The notes under the pieces were generated by a model, which worked only from the letters and a program-made list of their open reading frames with translations, searched no databases and was not told the DNA's origin. A stretch of 64,000 bases of DNA, taken from NCBI GenBank assembly GCA_002633005.1, contig NMRA01000057.1, forward strand, positions 118,469 through 182,468, given 5' to 3'. Both the position numbers and the translations under genes were made by a program. Positions 37,301 through 45,100 of the stretch are shown piece after piece (position 1 is the first letter of the stretch; each line of letters starts with the position of its first letter). The stretch comes from Phoronis australis (lineage: Eukaryota > Animalia > Phoronida).

Positions 37301-40300
37301 TGCCGTTTTTCTATGTTTCTGAACAAGAAATACATGTACAACTTTGGATTATTCAAATAGTGACAGCATTAGAGAATAGAATTACTGTTTTTTGATTTCA
37401 AGACAGTCGAGAACTCATCTGTCTTCTATATTTTTGTTGATAAGTTTAATTAAATTCTGAAAGTTAATGGGTTGCAATGGTCAGACAAAGTTAATCTCAA
37501 AACGAACCGTGCTTTTCACTTAACACCAGTTTGAAACTACTGCATTTTCAAACTAACTTGCATTTCACATAGTTGTGACACTCACTTTGAATGCGCGTCT
37601 TTGCCACGTGAAGTTGTCTGGTTTTGCCAATCCGTATACATAACACATGATTTGGACTTCCTCGCCGTATTTGTCGCCTACACTTGACTGTTTTATGTCA
37701 GCCTTTCCTGTAATGCATAATATGTATTATTTGACGTCAGAATGCTCTGTATCGACCCACTCCTTGTTATTTTAGAGTCGCTGTCCTAATTGCTTGAAAC
37801 TGTAACATAAGCAGTCATTGTACTCTCACACCCTCACATATTCACGTACTCAAGGCCGTCCTAACGTATGGGCCCACTAGACATTTGTCCGGGGCCGCGC
37901 GAGTACTTGGACCCTCATGCCGTTCCATGCGAGTGCACTACATGATTTTTGGATGAAAATTGTTAGCGTTGTTGATTTACGTTTGGGGGAACTTGGTAGT
38001 AATTTGTGTTAGAAGCTCCAATTTTTATTTACTCCTATACTCGAAGCATTGCGTTTTTTGAAGATATCTGTTCAATTCAAGCTTGTCGCGTATTGGCACA
38101 TGCGCCTACGTTTCGCTTGTATAAGCTCAGGTGGACGTCCTTTGTACAGGCACACGCTATTGTGGTCAAGCGGTGAAGTTCGCAATTCGTGCGGTTATAA
38201 GGCCCGTACAATTTTTCATTGTTGTCAAATTTTTTTAAGTGCACAACAATAAATATGGAGCCACAGCCGGGAATGGGAAAGTGCCGATCCGGTCAGGTGG
38301 AAGAAGGGAGACAAGAAACAGCCGGCTTGAAACAAGAAAAGTTCCTGCACACAACACGGAAACCTTTACTTGTACAACAAATAGGTGGATGCCAAATACC
38401 CATAAACACTGTACACTGAAAGGATCTGAACAAAATCCACCCAAATCTGAAAGTCCATATGTGAGTAATCATTGTCAATTTACCTGTCAGTTCTTGCAGT
38501 TTTTTTCCTTGCGAAAACAATCACTCGTATTATTCGCATCACTTTTGTCCGTCCCTCTTACGAACGGGTGGCGCACGAACTCATTGCATAAAGAGCGTGT
38601 GTACACTATCACCACGTCAGTTTAACAAGTATCTATTATTACTGGTGTAATTTTTGGTCAATTTGAACGTTTAACTAGTTATTCAGTTTCTTGTTTTAGA
38701 ATACTTATTTATTATCGCAATTGTTTGTTTCACTTGCGTTTACACTTAAGCAAAGTTTAATCCTACGATTATCGTCATTGAAGTCTTTAAAATCAACCCC
38801 GTCTTTTTTTACACTCGTCGTACCTATGCTGCCAGCATGTCAAATTATCAGTCTAAACAAGAAACGCAAACGTATACTATTGCAGTCACTGCATTTGCAA
38901 TCCAGGTGTTTCATATCACATGTCAACACTGAACTGAACAGTTTTCTTCAAATTGACAATGAAACTAGTTAGCTCATGAACTTTTGACACTGTACTGATA
39001 CAACTACAAGAACAGAGGTTGTTATTTGAAATTCAAAAGAATATGCATGCTAAGCAATTACTCTTAGTGACATCTAATTGCTCAGCGAATAATAAGTGCT
39101 TGTATTCAAGAGCTCATGGATAGATAGATAATATCTGTTTCAGTATAAACTATACATTCAGTTACCATTTGGCGTGAAGCATGCATACTGACAAGTTCGT
39201 GAAATCGGGCGTGAGTTCAGTAACGCTAGGACCTACGCTAGGACCTATCTTATATCTAGCCAAAGTCATGTGTTCCCTTGAAAATACACGGTAATATCAC
39301 GTAATCTCAAGTAGTCTTGCTTTTTAGCGAGATCCTAGCGTTACTGAACGAGAGACGGGTCTTAATCACTTACAGCCCGGCGATTTCATAAAGGTGGTTT
39401 AACAAAACCAGGTTTAAAAACTTAAATCTGGTCTTCCTAAACCTGGTCCAATTTTAGACCTAACTTGCATTTCACCAACGTGGTTTAAAATTCTGAATGC
39501 CTGGTTTTGTTAGACCATTAAGCGGGTTTGGTAAACCAGGGTTAAAGTATCCAAGCCATCCTACTGTGTTGATCCGGATTAACCCAACAAAGAAACTATC
39601 GAAGTGCTTCAATGAAATCTTGATCACGTGGGTACACAATGGCACACAGCAGTGGAATCAGTACAGACATTTGCGAAAAGGGGCTAAAGGTTTTTCTCAT
39701 AACTGATCAGAGAAAGGCCAATGTCATAGAGAACAAGAAAATTGGTGCCAAATCAAGTCAAATCAAGTCAACGTAAGCAGCAGGCTTGGAGAGATATTGA
39801 TCCAGAATAAAGGCCAGAAACAAAATTTCATCAGTGAAAAAATTGCTTAGAAAAACGGTGAGGGACACAGTGGCAGATCTAGGAGAGATATTCTTCATTT
39901 TGTACTGTGTCCGACACACGTACACACATTAAAGTATTTGTTCATTATTAGCCGCAACATAGTAAATGCACACATCTATTTCCTTGTCCTTTTTTCTTCT
40001 TTTTGCAGCCAAAGCGGGGGGACAGGAACTCAGCCCGGCAACCTTTTAAAAATCGGGGACCAATTGAGATGGAACTCGGTTAGAATTGAGAATCATTAGA
40101 TGCCTTTCTCAGGCATACGCGTAGCGCTTGTGACGATGACGCTCTGCTCGACCTGTCATATTCTGAGGAATCCGAATGACACCCTTCAGTACGTAATGGT
40201 CTACGTATAGGCGGATCCAGGGGTTCAAAGGGTCCGGAGCCCCTCTTTTCTGCTGAATTTAGTGATATCAAATCTATAATTTTCAAATTGTTTACCCAGA

Positions 40301-41966
40301 CTCTCCTTTTTGAAAAAATCCTTGACCAGACCCCCACCCCCTTTAAAAATTCTTGATCCCCCTGGCACGTTTGATCTTGAGTCATAAATACACGACACAG
40401 CATCATTCAGTTGCACCTATATCGTACAAGTCTGCCATATTTAAATAGTATTAAACCTGGGTCTGACCAAGTATAAAATTAAACTTGGCTTAAGATCTTA
40501 ATACAGGTCTAAGGAATATAAAACTCGTTGGTGAAATGAAAACCGACTTAGATGATGACTAAACTGGAGTTAAACCAGGTTTTATGAGACCACTGGTCTA
40601 AAAGTTAAACCACCTTTATGAAATGCAGATTATCTTTAAACCTGGTCCAAGTCCAATTTAAACCAGGCTAACTTTAAACCACCTTTATGAAATCGGCTGT
40701 TAGTGTGTGTGTGCGTGCGTGCGTGCGTGCGTGTGTGTGTGTGTGTGTGTGTGCGTGCGTATGCGTGTGCATATGTGCGTGAATGTGTGTATTATTTCCA
40801 TCAGTTTTTCATGGCTCATACACAACAACTATTTTCTCTTTTAACATATTGTTAAATGTGCCCATGTGATTTTAAAAAAACGCATGAACCACTATTCTTG
40901 TCTCACGAACGTTTTTCTCACGGGCATTTTAGGCGAAAAGACAATGCATTTGTGGTCATCTTTAAACAGCGGCCCCTAACCGGATTAGAGACTAAGACCA
41001 CCGTATAGCGTTTTAACGGCACCCTAATGAAGGTGTAGAACGCAGATGCCTTAACAACAGACAAGCTTAGAATTCCAGGAGTTGCACTACTTACGTTTTC
41101 CGTTAGAACTCTCAATAAGGTACACCTGTAAAGTAAAACAACGTAAAACTTCGTCAGCAATGGGCAATCTATTATGTAGAGTTCGGTGTTAATAAATCAT
41201 AAAGCAAATGTGCCCGTTAATTCTAGCCTTTGCATTTCTGGATGAAACATAGTAACTAAGAATTGAGATAAAAGACGAAAAACGCCCCGTTGAAGACAAA
41301 GCGCGTACGTATACACAGGATTAAAAAACGCCTGCGTCTCTAAGTGAAGCTACGGTGCATGCACATATATGCTAAGTATTAGGATTAAAAATGTTCTTTT
41401 AAAATGTGTTTGTATATGCGCTTGAGCCTAAATACGCGCACGTGCGTAAGGTATGTATGAACACGGGGCCCGGTGTGAATTTACTGAATCAATTTCTAAC
41501 ACACGCCGTGACATTGCCGTGTAGTGTGACGGTTATTTCGGCCCACTGGATAAATCGGTACTGCTTGATGTCTTCAAAAAACATAAAAGAAAATGATGAA
41601 CGAGTCTACGATGTTTTCAGGCACAGAGCGATGTGGGAAATGGCCATTTACTACTTAAACACATTTTATATATTTGCGAAATCTCTGCCGGGGAGAAAAT
41701 ATTCAAATGAAGTAATTCAAAAGTTTTATTTTTTCAGATGGTACGGCGTAATTTGTTTAGTGTAGATAAAGTAAAAGAACCCTCTTCAAAATAATTCCTT
41801 AAATTTCTGTTAAAACACCGAGTACTCCATTCACAAACTGTCTGTTCGTGAAGTTCTGGAGTTTCGGAGATATAGCAGCGGACGCCGGATGCTGGGCGCC
41901 GGACGACGCGTGTGCGTGTCTGTATACGTGTGCGTGCGTGTGTATGTGTGTGTGTTTATACACCTA

Positions 41967-42017
<51 letters not shown>

Positions 42018-42090
42018 GCACGCACCCACGCACGCACACACATACATAGATATATATGTATATATATATATATATACATATACATATACG

Positions 42091-42121
<31 letters not shown>

Positions 42122-45100
42122 TTATTTATTTATTTATTTACGTTTAGCCCAAAAATTATAATCGCATCATTTTTTTAGGAATAGTGCTTAGAAATTTTCT
42201 TGGTAGCTAGCGGTTGTGTGCATATTCTCGCAGACTTTGCACTGTTGCTTAAGTAAGATTTAATTAATTTTCAGAAATATTTGAATGTAGCGTATGATTG
42301 AATTCCTGACTTAATCCTTAAGTCATATGAAACAGTTACGTAGACAAAGAATCTCGCGTACGAGCCTACATGGCAATATCTAGCGACGTTTTGTGTAATA
42401 TTAAGTTATTTGCTATGTTCTCGCATCTAAAGGACGCACGCCAGTTGTACGGCTTGTGATCGAAAAGCAACAAGGCATGCTAAGTATATACATGTACAAA
42501 GTGGCGTTCTGATCTCCTGGAAAGGTCCATTTCATAAACATCCACTTTTTTCTACATTTATTTTGATGTTTAACGTGTTTTCCATAGAATGAGAAAAATA
42601 TGAGAAAACCGACTTCGTTTTGAGCTGTTATACACCAAACAACGTCGGTAAGGATGGCGTAATTTGACCTTCTCAAAAGTGCGCCAATTTCAAGATCACG
42701 ATTACCCCGCAATATTTCACTAGGTGGCACTGATGTTATGTTGTAGGGATTATGAAATGAGTTTATTACGTGATGTGACCAATCTAAGAAGTTGCTTCCT
42801 AATAAAATCAAAATGGCCGTCTGAATTTCGTCTAACTCATGGCACAGATCTAGTCTTTTTACTCGGGATCGAATTCGAAATTGTTTTTCACATTTTCCAA
42901 ACTGAAGATAAGTGTTTGTTATTCTGTCCCCAAGTGTGGTTTTAGTGGACGACTGCAACCCGATTTAGCATTTGATGACGCAGCCGTTAAAGATCTAAGC
43001 TCTAGTCTGAACTCTAAAGTTTTTACTCGAATTCGTAACTCGAATCTAGGAGCCATCGACTGAGAATTTAGACTACACAGGGGTTTGCGTTATCCATTTG
43101 TACTCAAGCACAGAATAATAGATAATTATTCGTAAACAAGAGTCCTGAAATGCGCCCACGACTCTAGGGGTGTTAATTCGTGTCATAATATGGCCACTAA
43201 ATGGTGCAGAACACGTCAAACCTGTTTGATAACAGGGAGGCGTTGTCATTTTACTAATAGAAAACAAGTTGTCGCATTTCATGAAAACCCTTTCACGAGC
43301 TCCAACTAAGATAGAGAGGCAAACGCACAAAAAACTAATTTGCCCCTGGGGACACAGGTATGGTCGAATCATTCCGAAAGTCGTTACCGTTTGTCGTCAG
43401 CTCCTCAGGTACACATCTGCTAACTTTTACAAATTTACAAAGAGCTAAGGAGATACATCACAAAGGGGGGCACAATAGTAGGACCCGTCCGAAAATTATT
43501 GTCAGATGTGGTCTTCTCTTGAGGAACACATCTGCAAATTTACCTAATGATTCTTTGAACGGTTTGATGGCAGTGGCGGATCTAGGATACCATAAGGGGG
43601 GACCCAACACTTTGTCTCGGGAAATCGCGCAAAGCACGACTGCAGGCGTGCATCCAGGAGGGCTTGGACTTCTGAGATCAGAATGTGGACCTCCTTGCTG
43701 AAATACAACCGCACGACTAAAAAAACGAGGAGACGCTTTCTACTCCTTGTTTCCGCCGCTTCGTGATTACCAGGGTTAATTAGTAAACTAAATATTTCCT
43801 CACGCTCTTGCTGTCTTCCTGTTGTATTTTATTTTTGCCGGCAGCCAAGGGGAGGGGCCCGGCCTCCTGCCCCCCCCCCCTAAATCCGACTATGGGCGGA
43901 TAGAGAGCCGGACGCCAGAAAACGGTCACTAAGTGGCGCAAAATCCACTCGAAAATCTTTTGACATCGTATAGCAACACATTTAGTATAACTCGGCAGCA
44001 GTGCCTTTCTGGTGCAGAGTTAAAAATGATCAGACATTGATTACTGGACAACTTCTGCTACATTTCTCGCATTGTCTAAAAATACTCCTTGAGTGCGAAT
44101 CGCATCTTTGTGATAGCTCCCCGAGCGACATCGTAAAAAGAACAAACGATATAAATTTGTATTAAAAAACATATCAACCCGCAGAACTTGTATTGTAAGC
44201 TACATTCATCGAAGGCGAGAAATAAACACATTTTGCCAAATTTCATGAACATCCACCAAGGAACTTCAAAGATACATGGTCAAACGTAAAAAATAAATTG
44301 CCACTAGTGGGCACATCGGTAAACGGATCCGTCTGAAACTCGTCGCTTTCTGTCGCCAGCTTCATAGAGACACATCTACTAAATGTCATTACGATTCTAC
44401 AAGGCGTTTACGAGATACAGCAGCAGACGCCGGACGCAGAACGCCGGACGCCGGGACGGAGATTACGGCAACATACACCTACATATGTATAAGTGGGAGT
44501 ATAAAAAGGAGAACCGAAATGCCAAAAGTATTTTTGAGTACGATTTGGAGTAAAAAATAGACCCTGACCCATGTTTACACTCCCCCCCCTCCCTCCCTNN
44601 NNNNNNNNNNNNNNNNNNNNNNNNNNNNNNNNNNNNNNNNNNNNNNNNNNNNNNNNNNNNNNNNNNNNNNNNNNNNNNNNNNNNNNNNNNNNNNNNNNNN
44701 NNNNNNNNNNNNNNNNNNNNNNNNNNNNNNNNNNNNNNNNNNNNNNNNNNNNNNNNNNNNNNNNNNNNNNNNNNNNNNNNNNNNNNNNNNNNNNNNNNNN
44801 NNNNNNNNNNNNNNNNNNNNNNNNNNNNNNNNNNNNNNNNNNNNNNNNNNNNNNNNNNNNNNNNNNNNNNNNNNNNNNNNNNNNNNNNNNNNNNNNNNNN
44901 NNNNNNNNNNNNNNNNNNNNNNNNNNNNNNNNNNNNNNNNNNNNNNNNNNNNNNNNNNNNNNNNNNNNNNNNNNNNNNNNNNNNNNNNNNNNNNNNNNNN
45001 NNNNNNNNNNNNNNNNNNNNNNNNNNNNNNNNNNNNNNNNNNNNNNNNNNNNNNNNNNNNNNNNNNNNNNNNNNNNNNNNNNNNNNNNNNNNNNNNNNNN

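Noticed and set aside
41831-42161. His/Thr- and Tyr/Ile-repeat ORFs
   Set aside because: Translations of dinucleotide microsatellites.
42413-42958. 181-aa minus-strand ORF
   Set aside because: It runs across two interspersed repeats that have non-coding copies elsewhere in the window, and it has no recognisable domain.
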